A stretch of 64,000 nucleotides of DNA from the NCBI GenBank assembly GCA_951406725.2, contig OX597832.1:58466001-58530000 (forward strand), written 5' to 3'. This document shows, piece by piece, positions 27,830 to 43,365 of this stretch. Below the pieces are notes generated by a model, which saw only the letters and a list, made by a program, of their open reading frames with translations, did no database searches and was not told the DNA's origin. Positions within the stretch are counted from its first letter, which is position 1. Every line of letters begins with the position of its first letter. Source of the DNA: Octopus vulgaris (taxonomy: Eukaryota). A program made the position numbers and the translations under genes.

Positions 27830-28629
27830 GGATAGATATATAGATAGATAGATAGATTAATACATAGATTGATACATAGATTGATAAACATATAGAAAGA
27901 CAGAAATATAAATAGATAGATAAATAAATAAGTAAATATATATAGAGATAGATAGATAGAAAGATAGATAGGTAAAGTGACGTTGCTGGTATTATTTGAA
28001 CTACGATTGAAATATTGTAAATCCCACCTCCACCTCCACCTCCCTCCTCGTCGTGTTCTCCTCAGCCTTCATCCTGCCTCCCAGGCCCTTCCCCCCTCTT
28101 ACATGCATCCTACTTATCTCTCCTGCTCCGTCCTCCCGTCTGTTCGTCCTTGTCGTAGTCTTCGTCATCTTCGTTTTGTCACCATCGTCGTTGTCGTCGT
28201 CGTCTTTGACATCATCATCATCATCATCATCATCGCCATCATCATCATCATCATCTTCATCATCATCATTACAAAAGCAGTTTTTTTTTCCTTTATGCAA
28301 CGAGTCCCCCACCACCACCGCCTTCCTACCAAGGTACAATATCGATGGGTTTAAAGCACATGTGGTCAAGTAGTTTCTCATGACAAACTCTGCTGCCTGT
28401 ATCGATGTTACATTCTTTGAACTCCATCATCCAACTTCCGTTCTCAAGTAGCGGTGACATCGAAATGCTTTGATCTTTAGCAGCATGCATTTCACTTTGG
28501 GTGTCCTCAACGGATTCGTTTTAATAAATATCCTTTCTTTGGGTTGAATGAACGACTTACATCGATCGACACTTTTTCTGATGTGAAAATATAGCTATCT
28601 ATCTCACTTTTTCTGATGTGAAAATATAG

Positions 28630-28708
<79 letters not shown>

Positions 28709-29167
28709 GCCTGACTGCCTGTCTGCCTGCCTGTCTGTCTGCCTGTCTGTCTGTCAGTCTGTCTATCGATCACTCTACCTCTGTCTCTCTACTCAATTAT
28801 CCATCCTTTTATCTATTTCTCTCTCTCACTCTCTCTCTATCTATCTATTCGTCAGTCTGTCGATATATCTATATGTCTGCCTGTCTGTTTGTCTATCACT
28901 CTATCTGTCTGTCTGTCTGCCTGCCTGTCTGTCTGTCTGTCTGTCTCTATCTATCTACCCAATAATCCATCCCTTTATCTATCGATCTACCTCTTTATCT
29001 CTCTATCTATCTGTATATTTCTCTCTCTCTATGTATATATATATCTATCTATCTATCTATCTACCTTTTTATCTATCAATATATCTATCTATCTATCCAT
29101 CCATCCATCCATCTCTCTGTCTGTCTGTCTATCTATCTATCTATCCATGTATTTGTCTGTTTATCTG

Positions 29168-29225
<58 letters not shown>

Positions 29226-29243
29226 CATCCATCCATCCATTTA

Positions 29244-29306
<63 letters not shown>
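27595..29306. repeat. (GATA)n tract at 27595-27972 and oppositely oriented (TATC)n/(TGTC)n tract at 28630-29306
   Basis: Read directly. Further (TATC)n at 15095-15290 and 63765-63890. Confidence 0.95.
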
Positions 29307-29308
<2 letters not shown>

Positions 29309-29949
29309 TAATCTACCTATCTTCTAAGTGTGTATGTATTTGTAGCTTACAGTGATTATGGAAAAGATGAACATTATTGAAAATCAGTACGACATATTAT
29401 CTGTATGCATACATACATGAATGCACACTCACACACACATACACACATACACACAACACATATATGTATATGTGTGTGTGTATGTGTGCTTAGGTAAATA
29501 TATACATATAATCAAAAATATACATACGCACAACGTATTAAAATATATCTATATATATATATGTACATATATAAAGTATACATGTACGAGAATGAATGTA
29601 TACACACGCATACACACACACATATACACACATATGTATATCGTTTTTCTTGTTCTCCGTCTTTAAGGAAGTTCCTCTCGTTTATCATTCAGTGTAGATC
29701 TTACAACATATTACGTTTGTATCTATCTTCTCAGGAAATCTGATAGCTTTGCAAAGAAGATTTCGCCGTCGGTTAATCATTTTTACCATTTCCTCTTTTT
29801 TCTCCCGATTCTTGATTATTTCGAAATATGTTCACTTCTGCCGCAGTAAAACGAAAATTTTGACGCAGCCTTGTAGCAATTTTGCTTTTTCCTGTTTAAT
29901 AGCAAATCTGTTCTGGGTAACAAAGCCTGCTCTGTATTACATTTCACAT

Positions 29950-29988
<39 letters not shown>

Positions 29989-30153
29989 TAGATAGATAGA
30001 TAGATATAGATATAGATATGTATGTGCATGAATATGTGTGTATACATATATACTTCTATAAATATATACACACCTATGTGTATATGTATATATATATGTA
30101 TGTATATACATATATATATATTAATAGAGAGACAGAGAGATTATACGTATATG

Positions 30154-30223
<70 letters not shown>

Positions 30224-30545
30224 TACACACAGAGAGAACATGTGTATACATATACATATATATGTATATATACATATATATATTAATAGAGAGAGAGAGA
30301 GAAGTTACACACACGCATTTATACTTTGAATTTCTTCCACAAAGTTCTCAACGAATGCAATGAATGCCTGCCTAAAGATCTGGAATATTCTAAACAGTCA
30401 ACATACATGTATACACAGAGGCATGTATAGATACAGGCAAACATGCAAAAATGCATGCGTGTATACATATATGCATACATTCATATATAAATGCATATAG
30501 GGATGCCTATATGTTGATATATATACATATATCTATGTGTGTGTG

Positions 30546-30940
<395 letters not shown>

Positions 30941-30950
30941 GACGCTTATC

Positions 30951-31005
<55 letters not shown>

Positions 31006-31105
31006 GTCTATATATATATATTGTTATTGATTATGGTCATCTTTTGTCAGTTAAACACACGCACTGTTTATTTGACCTTCACTTTAATTTTATTAATATT
31101 ATTGT

Positions 31106-31137
<32 letters not shown>

Positions 31138-31139
31138 AT

Positions 31140-31172
<33 letters not shown>

Positions 31173-31353
31173 GCTGCTGCTACTAAAGTACAGCAACTAC
31201 ACCACTAGCGGACCCCCCCCTCCGCCAACATCTACATCACATCCTCCTAGAGAGTACAACCACCACTATACCAGCATCCCTTCCACCACTGCCACCAACA
31301 TCAGCATCGTTGCCGTCGTCGTCGTTGTTGTCAACGTAGTCATAGTCATCACC

Positions 31354-31411
<58 letters not shown>

Positions 31412-32483
31412 ACATGTTATTCATCATCGTCATCGTTGTTGTCCTCAGCATCGTCGTCGTCGTCCTCCTCCTCATCAAAATCATCCTTATCATCATCATA
31501 TAGCAACCACCACCACCACCACGACACCACTACCACCACCACCACCACCACCACCACCAGCACCACGCACCACCACCACCACCACCACCACCACCACGAC
31601 ACCACCACCACCATCATCCCCACCACCGCGACACCACTCCACCACCACCACCATAACCACCACCACCACCACCACCACCACCACACCGTCACTATCACTA
31701 TACTCTAATACCACTCCCGAAGAAGAAAGAGAACAGCAATGACGAAATGACGACGAAGGCGGCCACGGTACCAGCACGATGTGTTATGAGTGTCAATGAA
31801 TGAATGACCGCCTCATCGTCACCTCTCCCTATAACATATCACATAAATAAATACAATATCCAAAAAAAAAAAAAAAAATAGAAAACAATCCAAGTTTCCA
31901 TCTTCATTTCGGAATTGGAAAATTCCTTCCTTAGGTCAAACATCGGTGTTTCGTGAGCTGTTTTTTTTTTCTGCTGTTGACCGCCACATGAACTTAGCCA
32001 ATGAAAGGCACAATAAAAACACTAGAATCTACAATCTGCCACATTCTATGACCCCCTTTCTTTCTCTCTCTCTCTCCTCCTAGCCCTCTCTCCCCTCTCT
32101 CTGTTTCTTTCTTTCTTTCTTTCTTTTTCCTTTACCCTATCAATCTGTCTAGCACAAACAAAAACAAATATTCATTCTCGATTCTTGTTCTTGAATAAAT
32201 TACATACGAATAATATATCTTCAACACATTCGTACACTTTTCCATACCACACAGATACACGCGCTCGCTCTCACACACACATACACACAAATGGATACAC
32301 CCAAACACACGCATTCAGACACAGACATACCTCATGCACACATACACACACATGCAAGAAATACACAATACAATACACAATACATAGAAACAAATCGTAC
32401 AAATACATACCAGCCAAATGCTAAAATGTGTGTAAAAATGCTAAAAGTGTGCATTTTTACACAGAAATGTATTGTGTGTAAAA

Positions 32484-32575
32484 AAAATCCTGATGAGGGG
32501 AGTGTCAGTTCCGAAAATATGAAATGTATCATATTAATTGGCGCGTCTCCGAAGATGAATAATTTTGTGATTTTT
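32484..32575 (+). ncRNA. degenerate type I hammerhead-like motif
   Basis: CTGATGA (32490-96), GGGG/TTCC stem II, GAAA, ATATGA/TCATAT stem III, then TA. No stem I partner directly adjacent; an AAAAATC/GATTTTT pairing is possible further downstream. Confidence 0.45.
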
Positions 32576-32913
32576 GTAGTTTTGTTTTTTCTGTAGTTTT
32601 TCTGGAATTTTAATACATCATTTTAATATGCACTTTTATGTTTTATTATCCCAAATTTTTAATTATACCAATGTTTTAAAACTTTAAGCGTAAATTCACT
32701 TTGTTTTGTAAGTAACACTGATTCTTATATATTTATATATATTGTATGATTTTTATCTCTTTATATATATTATTATATTTATGAATGTCGAATTTTATAT
32801 CAATTCTGTAGATATAAATGAATAAATGAATATATGTATTTGATCATTGAGTGTGGATCTTAGTAATGTTCCTTTTGTTCCTGCTTGCATTGCCTCCGCT
32901 CAAATTATGAAGT

Positions 32914-32959
<46 letters not shown>

Positions 32960-33165
32960 GAACGAAAACTCAATAGAGTACACTAAAGCATTCAGACAGA
33001 TAGACGATACAAGGTGGACAAGAGAAACAACAATTAGAAAGACAGGCAAAAATGACGGGCCTTTCGTGGCCTTCTTTCCTCTGTCAAGTCCCAGAAGTCA
33101 CGACAGCTTCGGGCAGTTACATTTGAGACGGTTCGATCTGGTTGTCCCCCAAAATGTCTAAGCTA

Positions 33166-33321
33166 GTTAAGTTAAGTTAAGTTAATTTTTTGGCTCAAAA
33201 GGCAAAAAGCAAGGCCATGTAGGGAGACATGGAGTTATGTACAGGGAGGGTGTTCATGCAAAGAGTTCAGGCCATTTCTGGTCAAGAGAGACTTTGAACC
33301 GAGCGGTCATCGTCATCTTCA
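33166..33321 (-). mobile_element. 5'-truncated CR1/L2-type LINE 3' end
   Basis: Minus strand encodes ARFKVSLDQKWPELFA*, then a 3' UTR and a (TTAAC)n tail. TSD CTAAGCTA at 33158-65 and 33322-29. Confidence 0.75.
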
Positions 33322-34426
33322 CTAAGCTAAGAGCATTAGAGCCCTTTGTAAGAAAGCTAGTGAATGTGTACGGCAACAAAGACAAAAAATAGAAAAAATG
33401 GAGCACCTGGTACAGAAAAAGACGAAAAATGGAGATCATATATTTATATAATTTTGTTTTTGAGCAAAAGTTCATTAGGTCTTGCCATCGCCACCACTAA
33501 TTATACCAACGAGGAGTTAACATAAAGGAATATATTTAGCTGTTTCACTCACAAATCAAATTGTTTAGTAGACACTAAAGTCTAAAGATGTCAACCTCTG
33601 AATCCAATTCTAATCATTCTCTGACCAACCAATTTGTCATTTCGCTAAACATTTCTAATAAGTTATATTCTAAAATGAGTGACATGGAATAACTAATTTT
33701 TAACGGAAGTCGAATCAGATAAAACTACAAGTAAATGTAAACTTTAGGTTAAATACCATTTGGTAGCCTTTCACTTTTCCTAATCAAATGGTTTCTTCTG
33801 CATTCCTCCACCAAATCTTTACAAAAACTATTTACAGCTTTCTCCATTTTGTGTTCCTTTGTTAAAACAAGTTATTTTTCATCTGCAGTTAATGTATATT
33901 GTGACAAAAGCTTATATTCAAAAAGATTTTTCTCAAAGATGGCTGTGATTTTCAACAAAATCTGCCCCTATATTACTGTTCCAACCGCTATTCTGTTTAA
34001 AAGCTGGTTTCAGAACATACAGTTTTCATTACTAAAAACAATTATATTTAAACCATTTCACTTCTTAATTGTTCAAAGTAAATATACACTTTTAGAAAGC
34101 AATAAAATGAGTATTTTTCCCCCTTTTGTAGATTTTCCAATTAGTTATGTGGGGAGAGATCTGCTATGCGTCCAATCTAAAAACATAGTGGCACCAAGTA
34201 ATCAGAATAAAATATGGTTTATCTGCAAATTGCTTCGAAAATAAAACCCATTTCTCAAAACCTAAGACAGGAATAAATAACATACCAGCTGCTTACTGTG
34301 GCACAGAAGACGGCTAGGGGAGTTAAAGATAAAAAAGAAATAAATATTCAGACATTTAGCACCTTTTCTTTGTAAATTTTTCCGTTTTTTTTTCTTTTTG
34401 ATATATATATATATGAATGTATATAT

Positions 34427-34588
<162 letters not shown>

Positions 34589-34663
34589 GAATGTATATAT
34601 ATATATATATACTGTATATATATGTATATATATATATGAATGTATATATATATATATGATATG

Positions 34664-34698
<35 letters not shown>

Positions 34699-34974
34699 GT
34701 ATATATATATGTGTGTATTTATACGTATATATGTGTGTTTATGTGTGTGTGAGTGTGTGTGTGCATCTGTCTATATATAGAGTTATATATGATATATATG
34801 GTGAAGAAAAAGATTTGGACGCGAATAAATCTCCTCTAGGTTTTCAATTATATAAATACACATACATACATATATATAATATAAATAGTATATATATGCA
34901 TATATACATGCGTATATGTACAAACTTACATCTATACGTGTGTATGTATATATATATATATATATATATATAAT

Positions 34975-35840
34975 AAAAAATACGAAGTACGAGTATATGG
35001 AATATGAAATATTTTTCGAACAACGATCGACACAAATGGAAAACAAGACAAACAACATAAAGAACGACCTTTCATCAGTTGTTGGCTGTTTTTCTATTCT
35101 CGTATTTCGAGCATTTAACAACATTATACGCTTTTGATAAAACAGTTGCTAAAAAACTTTGGGATTTTGCGGTGGGTTGAAATTGGTAACACAAACAGGA
35201 CAGTAAAAACAAACAGGAAGGGCTGCTGAGCCTAAACGAGGTTGTGGTGGTGAACGCGTAAATTAAGCTTGGACAAGAGACAGACAAGAACACGTCTTCC
35301 TTGTTCCAGCTACAACGGAGAGAAAGAAACACAAGTTAGGAGAAGAAAAAAGGCGGCCGATGTTCACGTGGGAGCCATGGGAGCAAGGGAGGAGGAGTGA
35401 GGAAGAGAGAGTGACAGAGTAATAGGATAGAATAATGGACGAAGAAGAGGTTAAAGAATAAGGGAGAGAAAGAGAGTAAAACGAAAGATTAAACAAAGCG
35501 TATAGAGTGCGCATCAGAATTATTAAGATAAAACTTACTTGGAAGAAGATGCACGGTGTTCACTTATATAAGAATATATGATATATATATATGCATATGT
35601 ACATACGTATAGTGCATACATCTATACGTATATATATATATGCATACGCGGGCAAGGACGTCACCAAACGTGTACAACAAAATTACGAAGTACGAGGACA
35701 TGGAATATGACACAAATGGAAAACAAGACAAACAACATAAAGAAAGCCCCTTCATCAGTTGTTGGCTATTTTTTCTACTCTCGTATTTCAAACATTTAAC
35801 AACAATATACGCTTTCGAAAAAAAAACAGTTGCGCCCGCA
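34975..35840 (-). mobile_element. second copy of non-autonomous family D with the same tandem terminal-repeat layout
   Basis: AAATGGAAAACAAGACAAACAACATAAAGAA...TTCATCAGTTGTTGGCT occurs at ~35035-35090 and ~35714-35768. The body 35160-35565 is homologous to 26790-27290. Confidence 0.65.
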
Positions 35841-35918
35841 AATGTATATAGTGGGAGAGATAGAGAGAGAGAGACACACACAGACAGACAGACAGACAGA
35901 CAGACAGAGATATATATA

Positions 35919-35965
<47 letters not shown>

Positions 35966-35983
35966 TTATACACATACATACAT

Positions 35984-36037
<54 letters not shown>

Positions 36038-36234
36038 ATATATATATATATATATATTTACGTATATATACGTATATATGTTTGTATGGATGTAAGTATG
36101 GAAGAAATTTTGGCTGAGGAGTATAGTCTGTTGCATCGACCTCAGTACTCAACTAATATTTACTTTAATAACCTTGTAAGAAATACTGCTAAACCTTTTG
36201 TCCAGCGGGGTAACGATTCTGCCAACTCGCTGCC

Positions 36235-36295
<61 letters not shown>

Positions 36296-36728
36296 CAATG
36301 ATAATGATGATGATGATGATGATGATGATAATGATGATGACGGTGATGATGATGATGAGGATGATGATAATGATGATGATAATGATGATGATAATGATGA
36401 TGATGGTGTTGATACTGTGCCCCTTCTATAATACGTTATAAATTGGTTGTGTCGTAAATAGGAATAACAGGAAAATAAACGAACGCCAGGAATTGGTGGT
36501 AATTACAAGAGACTGGAAACATTCCGAAGAACTCAGAGAAATAAACTCGGAATGATTTGAATTAACACTTTCCCATTTAATGACATTTAGTAAGTGACTT
36601 CTAAGCACCTACATCTTAGTTTTGCATACTCAGAATATCCAAGACTACTTTTATATTTTCCAAGTATTGTTTTGTTTTCCTTAATTAGTCTTACAGATAC
36701 ATGTAACTAAAACCAAAGACCAGCATTA

Positions 36729-37108
36729 CACTTGCGTCAGAAATTAATTAGCACTTCTCAAATTTCTACATTAAATAGGTTAAATCAATTAACCTATGAG
36801 CTGTTCAAAACGTCTTACGCGATGAGAAAACCTAGTATGGTGTGATTTCGGTCCTTGCGAGGCGCTACATATATCTATTAAACAAAGGAAGATTTGTCTG
36901 CATCCGCACTCCAAGTTGTTGTTGCACTGCTATGTCAACATCATAAGGCTGTAGACTCTCAAACTGCTCTGCAAACAAAGTTACGTCATCGTTCTGCGTA
37001 ACAGTGAACTCGCAACAAAGCAATAGTTCGAGATATGGCCACTAGGTGACAGCACATACCTTGAGTGAAGAGCAAATCAAGGGTGCTAATTAATTTCTGA
37101 CGGTAGTG
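36729..37108. mobile_element. Tc1/mariner-type MITE
   Basis: TA|CACTTGCGTCAGAAATTAATTAGCAC ... GTGCTAATTAATTTCTGACGGTAGTG|TA: 26-bp TIR and TA duplication. Confidence 0.85.
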
Positions 37109-38010
37109 TATATTTTTTCCCTTGTATTCTCTGACTTATTTTTTTCCAGAGCCGTGTTCTATATCTTTCTTCTTGGATTACTATACGATGTGTTCCTCCT
37201 GGATTACTATAGGTCGGCGTGTTCTGAGTAAATTTGGAATTTAACTATACTACAGGTAAATATACAAGCGCACAACATATAGTGAGATATTGGACAAACT
37301 ATAGAATATTGTATATAGAGCACACAATATGAGGATTAGATCGCTGAATCCCTCTAAGTCGCTGTACAAGCTAAATTTCCAAATCCCTCCGTGCCAAATC
37401 TACATACCAAAGCGGCAAAATAATAATTCAGTCCTAATTCTTTCTTAATCCGCAACAAATCTAAAGGACATCGTATATTAGTGTATTTTTTACTTATTGT
37501 TTTTTCTTTTATTATTATTATTATTTTTTTTTACTTTCTATCATTTACTACGTTGCAGTTATGCTGGGACATAAGACGTTGCAACGGATTTTCGTTCCGC
37601 ATTTTATCTTTCTCCCAGCTGAACGAGAGGCAGAGAGGCTTTGTTCGACGATCAGTTTTTTTTTTCTGCGTATATACACAAAAAGATACACACACACACT
37701 CAAGCACACGCGCCCACACACACATATGCACACACCCAAACACAGACACACATACACACTTGCATACATACATATGTGTGTGTATGTGTGTGTATATATA
37801 CATATATACGCAGATAGATACATATATACATATGCATATATATGTATACCTACATACATATATACATATATATACATAGATACATATATAATCATACATA
37901 TATGCATACATGCATATATATATGTATAGATATATATAGATAGATATATGCATACATATATTCATGTCTATATATGTATGCATGTGTGTATGTATGTATA
38001 TATATATATG

Positions 38011-38069
<59 letters not shown>

Positions 38070-38181
38070 CAGATATTCACAAAGAGAAGTGATATGTAAG
38101 TTTATGCAGAATGCCGTAGAGAAACTTCAGTAATAAATAAGAGTTTTCTAGCTTTACGCACACACAAACATACACACACAA

Positions 38182-38230
<49 letters not shown>

Positions 38231-39123
38231 CACACACACACAAGCAGATTCACACACGTAGGAACACATACATACACAAACGCACATTTATCACATTATG
38301 CAGAGTCGTTGCTTTCCTGCGTTGCTAAAATTGCATTTATTGTAAAATTTTTTTACAAAACTACTTAAGTATACCTGCCGTAGCGATTGAACTTTTTGAC
38401 GTTTCGGACAGTATCTTTCTTCAGGACTGAGATAAAAATTGAAATAATTGGCAATAGAAGAAGAATTGTTTTTAGTAGTTGAACTGCTTGTAAATTGAGT
38501 CATAAATTCTAGCGTGTAAATATTGGATTCCAAAAACGTTGGGGTGGACAAGTGGAGGACTGACCGCCGGCACGAACCCCTATGTTTTGTAGACATGACA
38601 AGCGGAAGAGTTTAACATCAACATCAGAGCGACCGGCAGCATCTGATAGCTAACGCAACGCACTATGAAAGAAAACGTGTTCACGTGACATGTGGGGGAG
38701 AGAGAGAGAGAGAACAGGAGGGGAGAAAGAAGGGGGAGAGGCAAAAGGGAACGAAACTAAAAAGAAGATGAGAAGCTGTTTGAGGATGCCATGGATGGGC
38801 AGCGAGAGTGAGAAGAGAGCAAAAATCAAAGCAGGAAATATAATGCTTGCTCGATTAGAGGGCAAAAGAATCATTCAAAAATGTCCAAGACATTGTTCAG
38901 AGTTTTAGTAGAATACGTTGTTCCTTAAACAGAGTTTAATAATGCACACAGAGTAGTTGGTAGCAGCACGTGGCCTTGAGTTGATGGAGGCGGCGAGGGA
39001 TTGAACTATAGACGAATCCTAACAATGCAAATATCTTTTTACACCTATTCGAGGAAAATTTCTCGCCTTATTCAAAACTGCCTTTGCTGAGCTTATTGCT
39101 TTGCATTACTCATGTATACATAC

Positions 39124-39158
<35 letters not shown>

Positions 39159-39504
39159 CATACATACATACATGCATGTATACATGGTAACTCGTATATA
39201 CATACAAACATACATATATACATATATACCTATATACCTACCTACCTACCTACCAACATACATACATACAAAGAGACATACGCACGTACGTACCTTTGTT
39301 TCTATCGAATGGGAGAGGAGTATTCAATATAAGCTCTAAACGGTGTTTCTCCTTATTGCAACTGAAACTGGGAGACTCTCTCTCTCTCTCTCTCTCTCTT
39401 CAAGTGCGAACTGTTCTCGCCTGAAGATTGCAGTTGCGTGAAACTCGAGATGCAAACAAACTCAGTTTCAGTATAAATAAAACTGTTAACTTCTAATTCT
39501 TTTA

Positions 39505-39688
39505 ATCATCACGTTGTGGCCCTGCTGGGGCACTGCATTGAACAATTTTTAGTTGAATAAATCGACACCAATACGTTTTATTTTAAGCCAGGAATTTATT
39601 CTACCGTCCCTTTTGGTCAACCGCTATGTTACGTGGACGTAAACTGACAAACTTACAAAGCCACACATGCATTCACTTACATACCCAG

Positions 39689-39775
<87 letters not shown>

Positions 39776-39938
39776 CGACTGGCTTCTTTCTGTTTCCGCC
39801 TACCAAATCCACTTATAAGACTTTGTTTGGCCCGAGGCTATAGTAGAAGACACTTGTCCAAAGTTCCACGGAGTGAGACTGAACCCGGAACCGTATGGCT
39901 GGGAAGCAAACTTCTTACCGCACAGCTACGCCTGCGCC
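39505..39938 (-). mobile_element. family B SINE
   Basis: CTACCAAATCCACT...GGCCCGAGGCTATAGTAGAAGACACTTG...GACTGAACCCGGAACC. Confidence 0.85.
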
Positions 39939-40317
39939 TATATTGTTTGTATTTTTCTTAGCTCTCTGCGTACTGAGTTCAAATTGCTATCAAGTCAAAT
40001 TTGCTTTTCATCGTTTGGAGATCGACAAATAAATTACTGCAAGCAGAATGTTGGTGTAATTGCTCGATCCTTGTACGGGTTCATCTGAGCAGCCTGGCTA
40101 TGTCAGTTCTGAGTTCGAAATCTTATCTAGACCACAGTTATAATATATGTCTTAGGCGCTAAAGGACAAAAATGATGGTTTATATCCTTATTGTGTGGGA
40201 ACATTTTAGGGGCTCAAAGTGCGGAATAAATGACGACAGCGACGACACGATGGCAACGACGAGGACGATGATGATGATGATGATGACGACGATAACGGCG
40301 ATGAGGCTAACGATTCT

Positions 40318-40529
40318 TTTCTACTCTAGGCACAAGGCCCGAAATTTTCGGGAAGGGCGCCAGTCGATTAGATCGACCCCAGTACGTAACTGGTACTTAA
40401 TTTATCGACACCGAAAGGATGAAAAGCAAAGTCGACTTCGGCGGAATTTGAACTCTGAACGTAAAGGCAGGCGAAATGCCGCTGAGCATTTCACCCGGCG
40501 TGCTAACTATCCTGCCAGCTCTCCGCCTT
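40318..40529 (-). mobile_element. family A SINE
   Basis: Same Meta-like domain and tRNA-like head (GCCAGCTCTCCGCC). Confidence 0.85.
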
Positions 40530-41374
40530 CATAAACGCAGTATTATAAATGACAGAAAGCAAATAAATAACAGAAAATACACTAATACACGATGTCCTTG
40601 GGATTTGTAGTGGATTAAGAAAGAATAGGATAGCTTTGAGGATTTGATTGTCGACAATAGTTGTCTTTGGACTTTCAGCTTCTCTAGAACTTCAACGAAG
40701 TTCAGTGGTTTGCTCACGGATATAATATATCTAACCGGATCCAGAATTTGAACAAACGAATCTTATGATCGCGAGCCGATAGCCAACAAATGATACGAGA
40801 TCTCACGAAGAATATTTGTTTCCACAGATGACCAGTTCCTACGACATGCTGCATGAATGCCTTAGATATAATTTCCCCTCTCTTCTTTCCTTCATCTTCC
40901 TTTCTTCATCGATTTTTATGCCCATCTCTCCCTCTTTGACTCTTCTATCACATTTCTTTTTTCCACCCTCCACGTGCTCTGCCGTTGACGTGGAAGCTAT
41001 TTTATGCAGCCTTATATTGAACTTTCGTCCTCTCAAACACACTTCTTCTCTTCTCTCATTGCTATACATTAGTTGTGGTTTACGGCCATATTTCCGGAAA
41101 TGGCGTGTTTGTGGCCTTGATAGGAGAGACAAGTCATTAACCGTATTTCTTTGACTTTTCATCTTTTTTTTTGTTATTCTATTCTGTTTTTTTTTCTGTT
41201 CCTTTTTATTCTTTTGTATTATTCATATTTAATAATAATTCGTCTCATTACTGGACAACAATGACCTGAGCTTCAACTCTGTCGCTAATAAATATACATG
41301 AAAATATAATAGAATATTTGCATACGCACAAACACATACACGTACACACACACAGATAGATATAAACATATATG

Positions 41375-41434
<60 letters not shown>

Positions 41435-41566
41435 GCCGAAATTGCTAAGATGATCCGGTTCCTGACTGAAGATTAGAGGCTTCGAATGACCTGTCTGTTT
41501 TTTTGTGTCGTCTCTTTGTGTAGTTTGCGTTCTTGTCCCCGTTTGTACATTTTATATATAAGTTTT

Positions 41567-41615
<49 letters not shown>

Positions 41616-41934
41616 TGTATGTATGTATTCATATATACACACACACACATATATACATATAGAGATAGAGTTTATCTCGCCGCAGAAAGATGCGGCTTGC
41701 CAGTCGCAGTCTCTGAATGTCTCTCGAGATTGGTGATTTTGTGTGGCTATCCGAGTTATATTTTTTAGTTCTTATTTCTTGCAATTGTAGGTGCTATTTG
41801 TACCCTCATGTATGAAATTTTGTCTTTCGGTTCTAATTGCTATAGCCACCTATATTATAATGTATTTAATATATCATAATATATTAATTTACTATTATAA
41901 TATCTCACTGCATATATATATATATCAATAATAA

Positions 41935-42217
41935 ACTACGCAGATACCAGGAAACCCAAAAATGGCAGAAATTCAAAAGATTGTGCTCATGGGAACTGCT
42001 CATATCCTACGCAAAATACTTTCTATGTAATCTGAGGGTTTAAGACAAACATAATTTTCGTTTTTTTTAGACATTCACTAGTACAACACCAAAAAAACCC
42101 CCAAATATATGGCACACTTAGCATAACAACAACATGAACTTCCAACCTGTTCTCTCTTGAGGTCTCTGGGTGAGACTTGGAGCCAACTGGTACAAATATA
42201 AAGCAAAAGTCAAACAT
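41935..42217 (+). mobile_element. R4/Dong-clade non-LTR retrotransposon 3' end
   Basis: QIPGNPKMAEIQKIVLMGTAHILRKILSM* (stop 42028-30) matches the R4/Dong C-terminal LQKxxLLGTAxILR motif. The 3' UTR runs into (TAA)n. Confidence 0.8.
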
Positions 42218-42231
42218 ATAATAATAATTAT

Positions 42232-42298
<67 letters not shown>

Positions 42299-42588
42299 GG
42301 GAGTATAACACCAAACTTACAGGGAAAAATTCAATTTAGTTTTAAATCAAATTTCACAATATAAATATGTAAAATATAAATTAGAGAAACAAATACTTAT
42401 TATATATTTATGTATTATATATTTACTTATATTGATTATTCATTTTTATACTGTTTGTGATCCAGTTATATGTTTTATATAAATATATTTTAGTTTTTAT
42501 TTATGATTTGGTTTATGTCTGTCATTGTTTGAATTGCATAATAGTGTTTTTTCTCTCTAAGTTATATATAATATAATATAATATAATA

Positions 42589-42636
<48 letters not shown>

Positions 42637-42684
42637 TAGATATATATATGTATATATTTATATATATATATATATATATATATT

Positions 42685-42728
<44 letters not shown>

Positions 42729-42784
42729 ATATATATATATATATATATATGTGTGTAGGTATATGTATATATATATATATATCC

Positions 42785-42935
42785 AATTAAAAAAGACAGA
42801 GGAAAAGAAAATAACAAACGAACGTTTGGACGTAGCACAAGCAATGTAAGCCGCTCAGAGAAGGAATAGAGTAGCAGTTTTACGTTTCGAGCATAGCTCT
42901 TCTTCGGAAACAGGAAGAAACAGGAAATCCAAGGC
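42785..42935 (-). mobile_element. solo PLE pseudo-LTR fragment related to the 63-kb element, with a hammerhead-like motif at 42877-42911
   Basis: The minus strand reads GTTT-CCGAAGAA-GAGC(TAT)GCTC-GAAA-CG-TA-AAAC and then CTGAGCGG, which parallels CTGAGCGC downstream of the 63006 motif. Next to (TA)n. Confidence 0.7.
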
Positions 42936-43002
42936 ACAAATATATATATGAGTTTGTGCGTGTGCATTTGTGTGTGTGTGTGTGTGTACTATGTTTGAGT
43001 GG

Positions 43003-43055
<53 letters not shown>

Positions 43056-43189
43056 AAAATAGTAAAGTGTGAAAAAACGACAGAAGGCTTAAATGTTAAA
43101 AAATATATATATTTGTGTCAAAATGTCTGGAGAATATTTGAAAAATTTTTTTTCCCTTTCCTTAAAATGACATAATTTAAAAATTTTTA

Positions 43190-43229
43190 AAGAAATTACC
43201 GGTTTCGCGTGTAGCTTTTCAAATTTCTT
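43190..43229 (-). ncRNA. minimal type I hammerhead ribozyme with U3:A8 core (left pseudo-LTR copy)
   Basis: Exact reverse complement of 44855-44894. Confidence 0.8.
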
Positions 43230-43365
43230 GTGACGTTATGTTTATATTGCATGGAATTATCGTTGTTTTTATTTCCAGGAGATTTCTAAATAAGGGGAGG
43301 TAGTGAGTGATTTTTTCCGGTGTAGGGGAGATAATCGCTTAAAAAATTTTTTCCCCGTTTCCTTG

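Noticed and set aside
28375-28530. Possible RTE remnant (TSIQAAEF on the minus strand)
   Set aside because: Too short and degenerate to call.
33790-34326. 131-aa ORF 33849-34244 and a piggyBac-like right end (GGGGAGTTAA)
   Set aside because: The ORF has no recognisable motif and no matching left TIR was found.
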